This document shows, piece by piece, positions 63,879 through 64,000 of a DNA stretch of 64,000 nucleotides. The position numbers and the translations under genes are program-made. Every line of letters starts with the position of its first letter. Position 1 is the stretch's first letter. Below the pieces are notes generated by a model that did no database searches, was not told where the DNA came from, and was given only the letters and a program-made list of their open reading frames with translations. Origin of the DNA: an uncultured delta proteobacterium (GTDB lineage: Bacteria > Myxococcota_A > Polyangia > Polyangiales > Houyiibacteriaceae). The stretch covers positions 1,024,001 through 1,088,000 of the forward strand of contig CAVOVB010000001.1 of the NCBI GenBank assembly GCA_963699755.1, written 5' to 3'.

Positions 63879-64000
63879 CTAAGGCTCGTCCCGCAAATCA
63901 TGCGCAGAGAGCGCGAAAGCCTCCTCCGGGGCCAGCACGAGCCGGCGCCGCGCATAGACCGCAAACCAGAGAAGCCCGAGGCCGTACCAGACCGCCGCGC
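63879..64000 (-). CDS. 3' end of a membrane protein, possibly an amino acid/ethanolamine permease (truncated by the window)
   Basis: Translation AAVWYGLGLLWFAVYARRRLVLAPEEAFALSAHDLRDEP* resembles the C-terminus of APC-family ethanolamine permeases. Confidence 0.5.
   Translation of the reverse strand, partial: AAVWYGLGLLWFAVYARRRLVLAPEEAFALSAHDLRDEP

Noticed and set aside
1..64000. CRISPR arrays, tRNA/rRNA, transposases, integrases, prophage or anti-phage genes
   Set aside because: None seen. Intergenic gaps are short (at most about 220 bp), with no periodic repeats or evident compositional shift.

Overview
64 kb of GC-rich, gene-dense bacterial chromosome, probably from a myxobacterium (Myxococcota). 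This is inferred from a DUF1592/DUF1552 pair, Cys-rich lipoproteins, mevalonate-pathway genes and a Myxococcus-like LexA box. About 55 genes are present. I saw no tRNA, rRNA, CRISPR array, transposase or phage gene. Core content: aguA-aguB, imuA-imuB-dnaE2, fpg, dppBC, slt, PP2C, ggt/gshB, lower mevalonate pathway, trkA/trkH, lipA with 2-oxoacid dehydrogenase E1a/E1b/E2, mutY, serS, murB, hrcA-grpE-dnaK, ftsB, a GAF-GGDEF protein and sixA. Most notable: (1) a signal-peptide-bearing kinase that aligns by eye with animal Fam20C/four-jointed secretory kinases, with its catalytic motifs intact; (2) a five-gene, translationally coupled ion-transport operon containing a 1505-aa fusion of a cation:proton antiporter, a helical region, a degenerate P-loop NTPase and a probable wHTH, followed by an MscS-like gene; (3) an OMP-lipoprotein-mbnP-mbnH copper-type operon with no methanobactin genes in the window, preceded by a perfect RegA/RegR box and lying directly downstream of regB-regA, which is itself coupled to dnaK; (4) several regulatory signals read directly from the DNA: a LexA box, a palindrome with CIRCE geometry, recurrent leaderless starts and a ~145-nt structured element. 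All family assignments come from motif recognition by eye; no searches were run.
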